Of a stretch of 64,000 bases of DNA, positions 49,116-58,560 are shown piece by piece; the first letter of the stretch is position 1; every line of letters starts with the position of its first letter. This DNA is from a virus: the IMG/VR virus record IMGVR_UViG_3300043466_003163, positions 1 to 64,000 of that record; one strand, written 5' to 3'. The translations under genes were made by a program, and so were the position numbers. Below the pieces are notes generated by a model. The model searched no databases. It was not told the origin of the DNA and saw nothing but the letters and a program-made list of their open reading frames with translations.

Positions 49116-50540
49116 TTACATAAATTTGTGTAATTTTTCTACTAATTCAAAATCACCTTTATCTAAAGCGTCATCTATTAATTTTTCTATTTCACGTTTA
49201 CTCATTTTAGAATAATCAACCTCTTCGTCTTCTTTTTCTTCAGTTTCAGGTTCATCACCTAAATGATTTAATATATCATCCATATCATCATATCCTGTAT
49301 CGTCAAACATATCAGATAAACTATCATTTTTATCTTGATTATGTAAATCTTTTAAGGTTTGAATTACTTCTTTACATTTTTGACTTCCCGATAAAATTTC
49401 TTTCATAAAATCATGAAATTGTTGTGCGGGTAGTTTAGTTAATTCTCTAAACAACCATTGTTTAATATCGTAATTTTCATTACCTACACAATCTAAGAAT
49501 TTTTCCCACATACCTGGTCCTAATCTCATACCCCAAATCTCCCCTTCATCTGTATCAGCCTTAGAGATTACTTCCTTTTGTTCATCAAAGTCCAAATGTC
49601 CGTCAGCCCAATTAATTGCGGATAATTCTAAAGTACCTTTAATTAATTCATGAACTAAAAGAGGGAAAATCCAAGCTTTAGCTACTACAACTGGCATATC
49701 ATCACCTTCTTCTAAGTTAATGTCTTCCATATCTTCTTCTTCATCTTTATTTTCTGGTTTTTCAGCCTTTCTCCATTCTATCTTTTCAACACCACCAACT
49801 TGTCCAGTCATTATAGAATCAGGAATTATCCAGTATTGGAAATCTGCTAATGACATTAATTTACCATATAGAACCATTAATCTGGGATCCAATGCGTCTA
49901 ATTCATCTGCCACCATATGAAATATATAATGTCCTTTTTTAGCTGCTCCTTGCATTAATGCATTTATAACTCTCCTTTTGTCAACCTCTAATTCTAATTC
50001 TTCCATTCTTTTAGCACTTTTAGGTTGTTTAGGTGTTTCAAAGTCAGAACCATAATCTTGATCGTCTTCCTCTTCTTCATCAGATTCATGACTTAATTCT
50101 GAACCAGGAGGTGTTAAAGTAGCCTCTAACATTTGTTCAGGGATATCGAACTCTTCTGATACTATATCTACCGCCAATCTTTCTAATGCTTCTTTATGTC
50201 TAGTTTCTATTTGACTTATTTCACCCATTATTTGAAACATTAATTGCATCATATTAGGAGTTATGGTATTTATACCGTGATATCTTTTAACTTTGTTAAC
50301 AATTTCTTTAAATCTTTGTCCTGCTAATTTTTCAGAATAATTTTGTGTTCCAGAACCTGCGGGTATAGATTTACTACCACCAAAAATATGTTCTCCACTT
50401 CTTAATTTACCTTCTAAACCTGGATGCATTCTTTCTGGATGTTCAGGATCATATTCTACGGCTTCACTTATTCTTTTAATTCTAACTTTTTCTGAAAGAA
50501 CTCTCTTAGTTACTTCACTAATTATATTTTTTCTTTTCAT
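49116..50540 (-). CDS. Hypothetical protein with a C-terminal IDEAL-like helical hairpin
   Basis: KRRVINALMQG, VHELIKG, GMRLGP; C-terminal EKLIDDALDKGDFELVEKL. Confidence 0.65.
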   Translation of the reverse strand: MKRKNIISEVTKRVLSEKVRIKRISEAVEYDPEHPERMHPGLEGKLRSGEHIFGGSKSIPAGSGTQNYSEKLAGQRFKEIVNKVKRYHGINTITPNMMQLMFQIMGEISQIETRHKEALERLAVDIVSEEFDIPEQMLEATLTPPGSELSHESDEEEEDDQDYGSDFETPKQPKSAKRMEELELEVDKRRVINALMQGAAKKGHYIFHMVADELDALDPRLMVLYGKLMSLADFQYWIIPDSIMTGQVGGVEKIEWRKAEKPENKDEEEDMEDINLEEGDDMPVVVAKAWIFPLLVHELIKGTLELSAINWADGHLDFDEQKEVISKADTDEGEIWGMRLGPGMWEKFLDCVGNENYDIKQWLFRELTKLPAQQFHDFMKEILSGSQKCKEVIQTLKDLHNQDKNDSLSDMFDDTGYDDMDDILNHLGDEPETEEKEDEEVDYSKMSKREIEKLIDDALDKGDFELVEKLHKFM

Positions 50541-50555
50541 AATTTATATATTTAA

Positions 50556-51233
50556 TTAATTTCTTTGATTTAATAAACTAACCCACATTTTAAAACATTC
50601 TTGACTTATTTTTTCAAAAACTCTTTGGACTATAGTTAACTCTAATTCCCCATTTGAATTTTCTATTCTTGTTATTGCAGCCCTTATTAAAATATCTCTA
50701 ACTTTATTTTTATTCTCTAACAAATAGTTAATATTTTCTTTTTGTGATTCTAACGATTCAATTTCAGAATCATTCTCACCTTCTTCATTATCATATTCTA
50801 AATCTTCTATTTCAGATTCTATAGACTCAATATCTTTACTCATACCATATAACCATCTATGTAAATCTTCTTTAGTCCAGTTAAGAATTACATGACTACC
50901 AAACATATTAATAACCCCACTATCCCTTAAATTTTTAAAGTATTTGAATATTTCTCTTTTTTCTGGTGAAGGTATCTCACTTACATAAAAAACATCTTCT
51001 GTATTTTCTTTTATAGAAAGTTTTTTATTGATGTATTCGACTAAATCTTTTTTCTTCATTTTAGGGTTAACACTTTCTTCTTTTTTCTTTTTAGAGTGTT
51101 TAACGTCTTTACACATTTCAGTCGCCTTACTTTTAGATATTTCTCTTTCAGATTTAGGTGCATTCATTTGCCAACAAGCCCATCTTCTTTGTTTTTCAGT
51201 ATATACTTCGTCTAAAATATCTATTTTTTTCAT
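50556..51233 (-). CDS. Hypothetical protein
   Basis: EKQRRWAC and LRDSGVINMFG (DUF5049-like) motifs. Confidence 0.65.
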   Translation of the reverse strand: MKKIDILDEVYTEKQRRWACWQMNAPKSEREISKSKATEMCKDVKHSKKKKEESVNPKMKKKDLVEYINKKLSIKENTEDVFYVSEIPSPEKREIFKYFKNLRDSGVINMFGSHVILNWTKEDLHRWLYGMSKDIESIESEIEDLEYDNEEGENDSEIESLESQKENINYLLENKNKVRDILIRAAITRIENSNGELELTIVQRVFEKISQECFKMWVSLLNQRN

Positions 51234-51496
51234 TTTAAACTTTTTTTAAATTGTTTCTTTTTTAAATTTTTAGATACAATTTTTTCTTCTTTATCTTCTT
51301 CATTAACAGTAACCGATTTAACTGTTCCTGTTTTTTCATCTTTTACACCATAAGTACCCTTTTCTAAAGTATCAAAAGCACTATTAAATTCGTTTTGATC
51401 GTAAACTGTCATTTGTTCTGCCTCGTCAATGTATCTTTCCATAAGTTTTCTTCTGATAGCCCTTTTTATTTCCGACTCATAAATTCTAATTTTCAT
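51230..51496 (-). CDS. Small protein with a head-protein-like leader
   Basis: MKIRIYESEIKRAIRRKLME. Confidence 0.7.
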   Translation of the reverse strand: MKIRIYESEIKRAIRRKLMERYIDEAEQMTVYDQNEFNSAFDTLEKGTYGVKDEKTGTVKSVTVNEEDKEEKIVSKNLKKKQFKKSLK

Positions 51497-51499
51497 AGT

Positions 51500-51898
51500 T
51501 TACGTATTTATTGTTTCTTTATCATATTTTATAATCATATCTTTTTCATATAGTTTATCTTCTACTGAAGAAATTGTTTCCCCAAAAGTAAAAAATAATC
51601 TTTTTTCTGGATATTCATCATACCCTTCCATATTTTCCCAACCCAATGCTATAATACCATCGACTGCATCCCACATTGCAAATGAATCAGATTCTTGTAC
51701 TAAATCTAATTTAAGTGTTGTGTTTAAAGTACCTGATTTTTTTATGAATTTAGTTTCAGGTGGTTCTGGATTTCCAGAAGAAGGATATGAATCCCAACCA
51801 TCACCGTCTATATCTTCTAAAATATCAGAAAAGAGGAACTCATAAATGTAGCTCCCCTCCCAGTTTTGTCCTATTTTATTAATATAAACTAAATACAT
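51500..51898 (-). CDS. Acidic hypothetical protein
   Basis: 132-aa ORF, translationally coupled. Confidence 0.7.
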   Translation of the reverse strand: MYLVYINKIGQNWEGSYIYEFLFSDILEDIDGDGWDSYPSSGNPEPPETKFIKKSGTLNTTLKLDLVQESDSFAMWDAVDGIIALGWENMEGYDEYPEKRLFFTFGETISSVEDKLYEKDMIIKYDKETINT

Positions 51899-53679
51899 TA
51901 TCTAAACATTCCTCTTCTTCTGTATGATGGACGAATTCTTTCTTCGTCACCTAATGCCTTAGGTTTTGGTTGAACTTTAGGTCTTTTTATTCTATCCCAA
52001 TCTGTTCCTGTACCTGGTTTAGTTCCTGGTCTTGTAGTAGTTCTTTCTCTTTCTTTAGTACCAGGTTCACTATTTCTTAAAAAATCAATATCTAAATCAA
52101 TAAAATCATCACCTTTATTATCAGAAAAATCTAATACACCATCAGAATTATTATCTAAATCTAATCTATTTGGGATTCTATCAAAGTCTCTATCTAAATC
52201 TCCTGTTGGTAAATAACCTTGACCTAATTCCATTGCGTCTATAGTAGACATTTCATCTTCATCTATATATCTTCTTCTATCTCTTTTTCGACCTTCTTTT
52301 CTTAAAGCTGCAAAATCTGCTGAAGTTATTTTACCGTAAGGTTTAGCTCTATCTATTTTTTTTCTACCATCTTTAAACCCAGTATGTTTTTCTCTTAACA
52401 TAGTATTCTCATTCAAACCACATTCCATACATAACCCTTCTCTCATTATTCCACCACATTCAGAACACATACCTCTACTACTTTCATTGATACATGATTT
52501 ACAACCAGCACCCATACATCTTTCACAAATATTTCTACCTTCTCTTAAAACTTTTTTAAGTGATTTTTTTGTAGTGTTTCTTAAAAAAGATTCTAATAGT
52601 TGTTTTTTAGAAAAAATTTTACTTTCATTAGTTTCTTCTTTAGTTTCTTTTGTTTTATATACTAATTTATGTCCAGAGCATTCACACTCACCTTTTTTCA
52701 GTAACATTGCAATCATATCAGGTGTTATCTCTAAAGATTTTTTTGTTTTATCTTCTACTTCAGATAATTCTACACCTTCTGGTTCTGCAGGTTCTTCTGT
52801 TTCTTCACCTTCTGGTTCTGCAGGTTCTTCTGTTTCTTCACCTTCTGGTTCTGCAGGTTCTTCTGTTTCTTCACCTTCTGTTTCTTCACCCTCGATTTTT
52901 GCGATAATATCTTCTTTATCACTTTCATCCATATCATCTAAATGTAGAGCAGATATAATAGAATTAATTACATATTTTTCTAATTCTGGATCAACTTCTT
53001 CTTTATCTCTTAACATTTGACCAATTTTACCAGTAAGTTTTTGTATTTTTTTAGTAGTTTCATCACTACCTTCTTCACCTTCTGTATCCGTATCTTCTTC
53101 ATCACCAAAATCTACATCTGCAATATCACCACCCATATCAACATCAGGTTCTTCAGATTCAACGTCATCCTCAACAGGTTCTTCTGTTTTAGGTGCGTCT
53201 ACTTTTATAACTTTCTTTTCATCTGATATGATTTGTTCTTTATCTTCTTTCTTCTCATCTTCATCTTCTAAAACAAAACCAAAACCCGCACCTCCAGCAA
53301 TTGCTCTACCATCAGATTCAAAAATATTAATATTACCTTTGATGCCATATGATTCATTTAACATATCAAATTTTATATTTAAATGTTTTAGTGCCTCCGC
53401 ATAAGAACGATATCTTTCATCATATTTATTTTTTAAACCACCAATGTAGTTAAAATCTTCAGCTAAAAATTTACCTGATGGTTTATTAGAAGTTTTTATA
53501 AAATAATCATGATTTTCTCTAACAATACCATATACAATACCATTAGGTCCCCTTTTTATTAATTCTAATTCTGAAAATGATTTACTTTCATTTAAAGTAT
53601 TCATTTTACCCATAAGATCTAACATTCTATTTAATTTGTCTTGACCTTTTAATGTTTTTGGATTTACGTGTTTTCCCAT
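51898..53679 (-). CDS. Mosaic low-complexity protein, putative internal head protein
   Basis: Acidic tracts, EPAEPEGEETE repeats, CxxC clusters, DxDxD motifs, many L/I-x-E sites. Confidence 0.65.
   Translation of the reverse strand: MGKHVNPKTLKGQDKLNRMLDLMGKMNTLNESKSFSELELIKRGPNGIVYGIVRENHDYFIKTSNKPSGKFLAEDFNYIGGLKNKYDERYRSYAEALKHLNIKFDMLNESYGIKGNINIFESDGRAIAGGAGFGFVLEDEDEKKEDKEQIISDEKKVIKVDAPKTEEPVEDDVESEEPDVDMGGDIADVDFGDEEDTDTEGEEGSDETTKKIQKLTGKIGQMLRDKEEVDPELEKYVINSIISALHLDDMDESDKEDIIAKIEGEETEGEETEEPAEPEGEETEEPAEPEGEETEEPAEPEGVELSEVEDKTKKSLEITPDMIAMLLKKGECECSGHKLVYKTKETKEETNESKIFSKKQLLESFLRNTTKKSLKKVLREGRNICERCMGAGCKSCINESSRGMCSECGGIMREGLCMECGLNENTMLREKHTGFKDGRKKIDRAKPYGKITSADFAALRKEGRKRDRRRYIDEDEMSTIDAMELGQGYLPTGDLDRDFDRIPNRLDLDNNSDGVLDFSDNKGDDFIDLDIDFLRNSEPGTKERERTTTRPGTKPGTGTDWDRIKRPKVQPKPKALGDEERIRPSYRRRGMFR
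52773..52871. repeat. 33-bp perfect tandem repeat, 3 copies plus a partial
   Basis: caccttctggttctgcaggttcttctgtttctt x3. Confidence 0.95.
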
Positions 53680-53700
53680 TTTATTTGTTTTTTATTTATT

Positions 53701-54024
53701 TTATCCGTTAGTTGGTAATCCTGTTTTAATATTTACAAATTGATATTCTTCAGTTCCACCAGTTGAAGTTATTAATCCTGTTTGGAATACACCTAATGGT
53801 TTAGGATTCCCTAAAAGTAAAAATCCTGAATTTAATGTAGTGGTTGGAGGTGCTTGTATTATATTATCTAATGTTTTTCCTGCCACACCAGTTACGGTAG
53901 CACCATTAATAGTATAAGATCCATTAGAATTAAAATATACTGCACTGTAAACATAGTTATCAAAATCAGCAGTTACATTAGTATGTATTACTGAATATGT
54001 TCCAGTTAAATAAGTTGTTCCCAT
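53701..54024 (-). CDS. Small Thr/Gly-rich protein, probably virion
   Basis: 107 aa; ATATTTAT at 54039. Confidence 0.65.
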   Translation of the reverse strand: MGTTYLTGTYSVIHTNVTADFDNYVYSAVYFNSNGSYTINGATVTGVAGKTLDNIIQAPPTTTLNSGFLLLGNPKPLGVFQTGLITSTGGTEEYQFVNIKTGLPTNG

Positions 54025-54064
54025 ATATTATTTTATAAATAAATATTACGTTTTGATTAAAAAA

Positions 54065-54859
54065 TCACAATTTATAATTATTATATATTTTAGATTCTTT
54101 TAAAGTAAGTGATTTATCATACGCTTTGGTTTCTATATCACTTAACTTATCTAAATACATAGTTCTTCTTAATACTTTAAAAGATATATTTTCAAAAGAA
54201 TACTCACCTTCTCTATCTAATCCAGTTTGTCTCATTTTCTTTATTTTATCTTTTAAATTTTTAACCATTCTTATGGTTTTATCGTATTCACCAGATTTAT
54301 ACATAAAATATATTTCTTCTATCGTATCTACTATACTGTTAACTTTTTGTTCTACTTTTTTACTATCTATTTCCTTTTTAGTGGAGTCAGGTTTTACTAC
54401 CCATCCATCCCATAAAATAGAATAAACCCCACTAGAAACATGAGGTTCTTCAGTATCTTGCATATATAACTCTACATCATATCCTTTAATAGTAATATCA
54501 TGTTTTTCATTCCATAAGTTTTTCTTTGAATTAAAGTATTCTTTAACTAATTCTTCATTTTCATCAACATCATCAAAGTTAACTAAAATATGTAAATCTA
54601 CATCGGAGAATTTTGACCAGTTAAAATTAGCCAAACTACCAGTTAAAATAATGTCTTGAATGTCTACCCAATCTATATTTAAAGTTTCAAAAAAATCATC
54701 TGCAATCATAAGAAGTCTTCTTCTTATTTCCGAATAAATATGTTGATCTTTATCGAATATTTTAGGGTTTAATGTTGATCTTACCTCAAAAGAAGATAAG
54801 TCAATATTTTCTTTTTTGATTATATCGTTTACTTCTTGTTCTGTAATTTTCTTAACCAT
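54065..54859 (-). CDS. Pol-beta-superfamily nucleotidyltransferase
   Basis: LTGSLANFNWSKFSDVDLHI (GS..DxD) and a third acidic residue in DVELY. Confidence 0.85.
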   Translation of the reverse strand: MVKKITEQEVNDIIKKENIDLSSFEVRSTLNPKIFDKDQHIYSEIRRRLLMIADDFFETLNIDWVDIQDIILTGSLANFNWSKFSDVDLHILVNFDDVDENEELVKEYFNSKKNLWNEKHDITIKGYDVELYMQDTEEPHVSSGVYSILWDGWVVKPDSTKKEIDSKKVEQKVNSIVDTIEEIYFMYKSGEYDKTIRMVKNLKDKIKKMRQTGLDREGEYSFENISFKVLRRTMYLDKLSDIETKAYDKSLTLKESKIYNNYKL

Positions 54860-54903
54860 AAAATTTTTATTATATAAATATAAGGATAAATATATAAAAA
54901 ATA

Positions 54904-55329
54904 AGAAACGGGCATTTTCTTATTAGTCGTTAAGGACTTGTTTTTTTGAAATTGTTTTTTTATTATCTAAATGTTCGAAGTACATATCGATTAATTTATC
55001 TATTCGAGAATCAATATAACTTCTTGTTTGTCTTATTTCATGATGAATATCTTTTACATCATTTTCTAAATGTCTAAAAATATTATCATGATATTCATCT
55101 ACTTTTCTATAACAACCATCTATTCGATAGTTTATTGATTGTTCTGTTTGATTTAATTGAGTAATTAAATCGTTTTTTTCTTTCTTTAACTTTTTTACCT
55201 GAAGCGTAAGCCATATCACAAGTACACCTAATAGCACACCTAAAACAGAACCTACACCTAAAGCGAATGAAATTGTTTCCATAATTTTTATTTTTTATTT
55301 TATTTATTATTAATAAAACGCCCGTTTCT
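54904..55329. repeat. 15-bp inverted repeat pair flanking one gene
   Basis: agaaacgggcatttt (54904-54918) and aaaacgcccgtttct (55315-55329), 14/15 complementary. Confidence 0.85.
54923..55282 (-). CDS. Single-pass membrane protein with a coiled coil
   Basis: N-terminal hydrophobic helix (FALGVGSVLGVLLGVLVIWLTL) followed by KKLKKEK and a heptad pattern. Confidence 0.8.
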   Translation of the reverse strand: METISFALGVGSVLGVLLGVLVIWLTLQVKKLKKEKNDLITQLNQTEQSINYRIDGCYRKVDEYHDNIFRHLENDVKDIHHEIRQTRSYIDSRIDKLIDMYFEHLDNKKTISKKQVLND

Positions 55330-55330
55330 A

Positions 55331-55519
55331 TTAATTTGTGATGGTTATGATTTCATATCTCCATCCACTATCTGTATTAGTATTTAATAATTTACATAAT
55401 TTTGATACCTCATCAAAATTAACGGTTTCAAAAACTTCATTATCTGAATTTAATAAAATAACATGTAATTTTTTACCGTTTAAATTCATAATTTTTTTAA
55501 TCTGATAACTTTTATTCAT
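55331..55519 (-). CDS. Hypothetical protein
   Basis: 62 aa, coupled to the upstream ORF. Confidence 0.65.
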   Translation of the reverse strand: MNKSYQIKKIMNLNGKKLHVILLNSDNEVFETVNFDEVSKLCKLLNTNTDSGWRYEIITITN

Positions 55520-55713
55520 AACTTTTCATTTTTATATTCTTTCCAATTAACCCAAAAACCAATAGCGACTAATATATTCATACCAAAATAAGTAACTATT
55601 TCATATATATCTTCATATATATTTAAACTAAGATGAATATGACCAACTACCCAAAATGGAATAGCTAAATTTTGACTCACCCATAATAAAAAATATTTAA
55701 AAAAGTTTTTCAT
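55516..55713 (-). CDS. Small two-helix membrane protein
   Basis: Two hydrophobic segments in 65 aa. Confidence 0.65.
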   Translation of the reverse strand: MKNFFKYFLLWVSQNLAIPFWVVGHIHLSLNIYEDIYEIVTYFGMNILVAIGFWVNWKEYKNEKL

Positions 55714-56185
55714 ATTTTAATCCCCATTTTTCACTTATTTCAGTGAATTTATTGTTTATTATTTCTTTTTTAATTCCATTTAAAGATGATAAATCATTCT
55801 CAAATTGTAAACCGTGTTCATTGTTTGCGTCCGTAATTTTTTGACTAAGAATGGAAAGTTCGTTTGAGGTGAAGAATTCCGTACCGTAGTCAACAATTCT
55901 AAGTTCCACAAGAATCTTATCATCAAAGGTTTTTATTTGGTGTGTCATAATTAATTTATTTTGTTTTGAGAGTTTAGCGTAACTAAACGGATTAAAAATT
56001 TCCTTATCATAACCAGTGATAACCATTTCAAACTCTACTTCATCACCATCTTTATATTTTGTTTCATCAACAACTTCTGTTTGATGTAGTGGTGTCCACA
56101 TCCAATGCGTTCCGTGTGCGAATGAATGTAGGTCTGACCATCTAATAAACCAACCTTCTTCTTTTTTTTCTAAAATTCCTTTCAT
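55697..56185 (-). CDS. Hypothetical protein
   Basis: 162-aa ORF in the thyA operon. Confidence 0.65.
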   Translation of the reverse strand: MKGILEKKEEGWFIRWSDLHSFAHGTHWMWTPLHQTEVVDETKYKDGDEVEFEMVITGYDKEIFNPFSYAKLSKQNKLIMTHQIKTFDDKILVELRIVDYGTEFFTSNELSILSQKITDANNEHGLQFENDLSSLNGIKKEIINNKFTEISEKWGLKYEKLF

Positions 56186-56187
56186 AA

Positions 56188-57414
56188 TTAATTTGATAAC
56201 GGTGCTTTAATTGTTGGATGTGATTGATAATTTTCAACAACAAAATCCGTATTTTCTAAATGAGTAAATAAAGATATATCTTTAGATAGTGATTTATAAA
56301 ATTCATCTGTTTTCATATGTACCAATTTTGGTAGTTGGTAAGGTTCTCTTATAATTTGTTGTCCTGCTTGTGTTAAATGGTTTTCATACAAATGTGTATC
56401 ACCCAAGTTACCAATCAATTCATCAGGAACCATATTCACTGTCTTAGCAATGATTTCTAATAACAATCCATAAGATGCAATGTTGAATGGTAAACCTAAG
56501 AATGTATCTACTGAGCGTTGATTCCACATTAAAGAGATTGCTCTGGTTGGAATGTTATACTTATTCAAAACCTCTAATGTTTTACTTTCAGGAATTATTA
56601 ATCCTGATTTATATTTCATAAATTCATAAGGGTCTAAACCTCTTTTAGCATATTCTAAAATTCTGTCATTTAAACTTAACTCTCTTGTATAAACTTGAAA
56701 TCCATAATGACAAGGTGGAAGTACCATTAAATCCAATTCTCCAACATTCCAAGCATTAACCATTAATCGTCTTGAATCTGGGTTTGTTTTAAGGTCGTTA
56801 ATCAGGTTTGTGATTTGATCGTTATTAGGTACGTCATTATAATCGGTTACAGATCCATGGTTCCAGCCAGAAGGAACTCTTTTATAACCACCCCAATTTC
56901 TCCATTGCTTACCATAAATAGGTCCTAAATCACCCCATTTTTCAGCAAACACATTATCTGTTTTGATTTTGTTGATGAACTCTTCTTGCGTGAAAGGTCT
57001 AAAATACCCATTAGAGATGGAACCACTCACAGTTCCATAAACATCAATAGATTCCATATCAAAACCTGTTATTGTAATAACACCATTTCCTTTTACTTCA
57101 AAATCATCGAATGTTAAATCCTTTGTTTTATTATAATAATTCTTATAAGCATCACCATCCCATATATGACACCCATTATCAACCAAGAACTTAATGTTTG
57201 TATCACCACGTAGGAACCATATTAATTCCGTTACAATAAGACGGAATGGCATCTTCTTTGTTGTTAGGAGAGGAAACCCCTCACTCATTTTATGACGGAT
57301 TTGTCTACCAAAAACAGAACGAGTTCCTGTACCAGTTCTATCTTGTTTTTTAATACCATTTTCTATGATGTCAAATAATAATGATTGATATTGTCTATCT
57401 AAAAGATTATTCAT
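56188..57414 (-). CDS. thyA: Thymidylate synthase with insertions
   Basis: DRTGTGT, FPLLTTK, GPIYGKQWR, SRRLMVNAWN, LPPCH, QRSVD, PFN, HLYENH. Confidence 0.97.
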   Translation of the reverse strand: MNNLLDRQYQSLLFDIIENGIKKQDRTGTGTRSVFGRQIRHKMSEGFPLLTTKKMPFRLIVTELIWFLRGDTNIKFLVDNGCHIWDGDAYKNYYNKTKDLTFDDFEVKGNGVITITGFDMESIDVYGTVSGSISNGYFRPFTQEEFINKIKTDNVFAEKWGDLGPIYGKQWRNWGGYKRVPSGWNHGSVTDYNDVPNNDQITNLINDLKTNPDSRRLMVNAWNVGELDLMVLPPCHYGFQVYTRELSLNDRILEYAKRGLDPYEFMKYKSGLIIPESKTLEVLNKYNIPTRAISLMWNQRSVDTFLGLPFNIASYGLLLEIIAKTVNMVPDELIGNLGDTHLYENHLTQAGQQIIREPYQLPKLVHMKTDEFYKSLSKDISLFTHLENTDFVVENYQSHPTIKAPLSN

Positions 57415-57703
57415 TTTTTTTTAATTTATTAATTTGTTCCATTATTGGCGATATATCCACTATATCTTTAGATTTATCAAAAGAGTATTTTTTAATTACT
57501 GTATTAAGTAATTTTCCTTGACTTTCACCACTCTCAAATAAATTATAATCTGTAAAAGTCACGTCCTTATAGACATATTGTAATCCAGATTTAAATATAA
57601 TTGCCAATTTACGTTCATTTTTTAAATATTTTGAACCTATTACGTTTGATGAGTCGTATATACATTCTACCGAATTATTTTCTTCATGTTTTAAAAGTAC
57701 CAT
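57407..57703 (-). CDS. KTSC-domain protein
   Basis: DSSNV..Y....L.IIFKSG..YVYKDV....F..GESQGK. Confidence 0.85.
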   Translation of the reverse strand: MVLLKHEENNSVECIYDSSNVIGSKYLKNERKLAIIFKSGLQYVYKDVTFTDYNLFESGESQGKLLNTVIKKYSFDKSKDIVDISPIMEQINKLKKNE

Positions 57704-57706
57704 ATT

Positions 57707-57931
57707 TTAATTTTTAAATAATTTATATGAGTGAATATCTTTCATCTCAAAAATTTTCCCACTAACTGAAGCGGGAATATTTACATCGGATGAATTTTCT
57801 TCTGTTATGATAACATAATTTCCTGTTATTACTATTGCAGAATCTAAAAATTCTTCTTTGTCAGTTGGTTTACCTTCTTTATCTTTTAGAAGTAATACTA
57901 TTTTACCGAATTTTGGTGCGGATGGTATCAT
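57707..57931 (-). CDS. Hypothetical protein
   Basis: 74-aa first gene of the KTSC-thyA operon. Confidence 0.65.
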   Translation of the reverse strand: MIPSAPKFGKIVLLLKDKEGKPTDKEEFLDSAIVITGNYVIITEENSSDVNIPASVSGKIFEMKDIHSYKLFKN

Positions 57932-57935
57932 TTTA

Positions 57936-57967
57936 CAAATATATATATAATATTATTATTTAACAAA
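57936..57967 (-). promoter_or_regulatory. Bacteroidota primary-sigma promoter
   Basis: TTTG-N20-TATATTTG, ending 4 nt before the ATG. Confidence 0.7.
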
Positions 57968-57975
57968 TTAAATAT

Positions 57976-58008
57976 AAAAAAAAATCCATAACTGTAAAGC
58001 TATGGATT
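57976..58008 (-). terminator. Intrinsic terminator after hsp20
   Basis: aatccata...tatggatt stem with a 9-nt U-tract on the minus strand. Confidence 0.75.
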
Positions 58009-58027
58009 AAAAAAAATAGGATATTTT

Positions 58028-58477
58028 TTAATCTATTTTAACTTTTCTTTTATATGATTTTGTTTTAGTAGGTTTCTCTTTAGGTAAAAAAATTGTTGTT
58101 ATACCATTTTCTGTTTTTGCAAAAATTTCTTCACTTACAACATTGGAAGGTACTTCAAATACCCTATAAAATTTAGACCAATGATATTCTTTAGAGATAT
58201 ATTCACCTTTTTCTGTTTTATCTTGTTTACGTTCCCCACTAAAAATTAATTTATCCCCACTAATTTCAATATTTAAATCTTGTTTTGTTAGTCCTGGTGT
58301 AATAATTTCGTATTTGTAAACCCACTCATCCTCAAAAATATTGGTAGACACTAAATTATCCCCGACTCTAAAAATTTTAGTACTCCCTAAGTTATTTTTA
58401 AAATCATAATTAGAAAACGAATCTTTCCCAAATAAATTTTCAAACTCGTTAATTAAATCAATAAAATTTCTGTTCAT
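58028..58477 (-). CDS. Hsp20/alpha-crystallin small heat-shock protein
   Basis: PGLTKQDLNIEI..L.FSGE..E....FYRVFEVP..I.A..ENG...I.LPK. Confidence 0.9.
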   Translation of the reverse strand: MNRNFIDLINEFENLFGKDSFSNYDFKNNLGSTKIFRVGDNLVSTNIFEDEWVYKYEIITPGLTKQDLNIEISGDKLIFSGERKQDKTEKGEYISKEYHWSKFYRVFEVPSNVVSEEIFAKTENGITTIFLPKEKPTKTKSYKRKVKID

Positions 58478-58519
58478 TTTAATTATATTTTTTAATTTTT
58501 GTTATTATAAATATTTTTA

Positions 58520-58560
58520 GTCAAATGGTATACCATTACAAAAAATCTGTCAAAATGTCA
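58520..58560 (-). promoter_or_regulatory. Sigma54-like (-24/-12) element with an upstream TGACA direct repeat
   Basis: TGACA-ttt-TGACA, then TGGTAT-N5-TTGA, upstream of hsp20. Confidence 0.45.

Noticed and set aside
45330-57414. Intein or intron in terminase or thyA
   Set aside because: Both frames are continuous, the insertions are short, and there are no C/S...HN splice motifs or homing-endonuclease signatures
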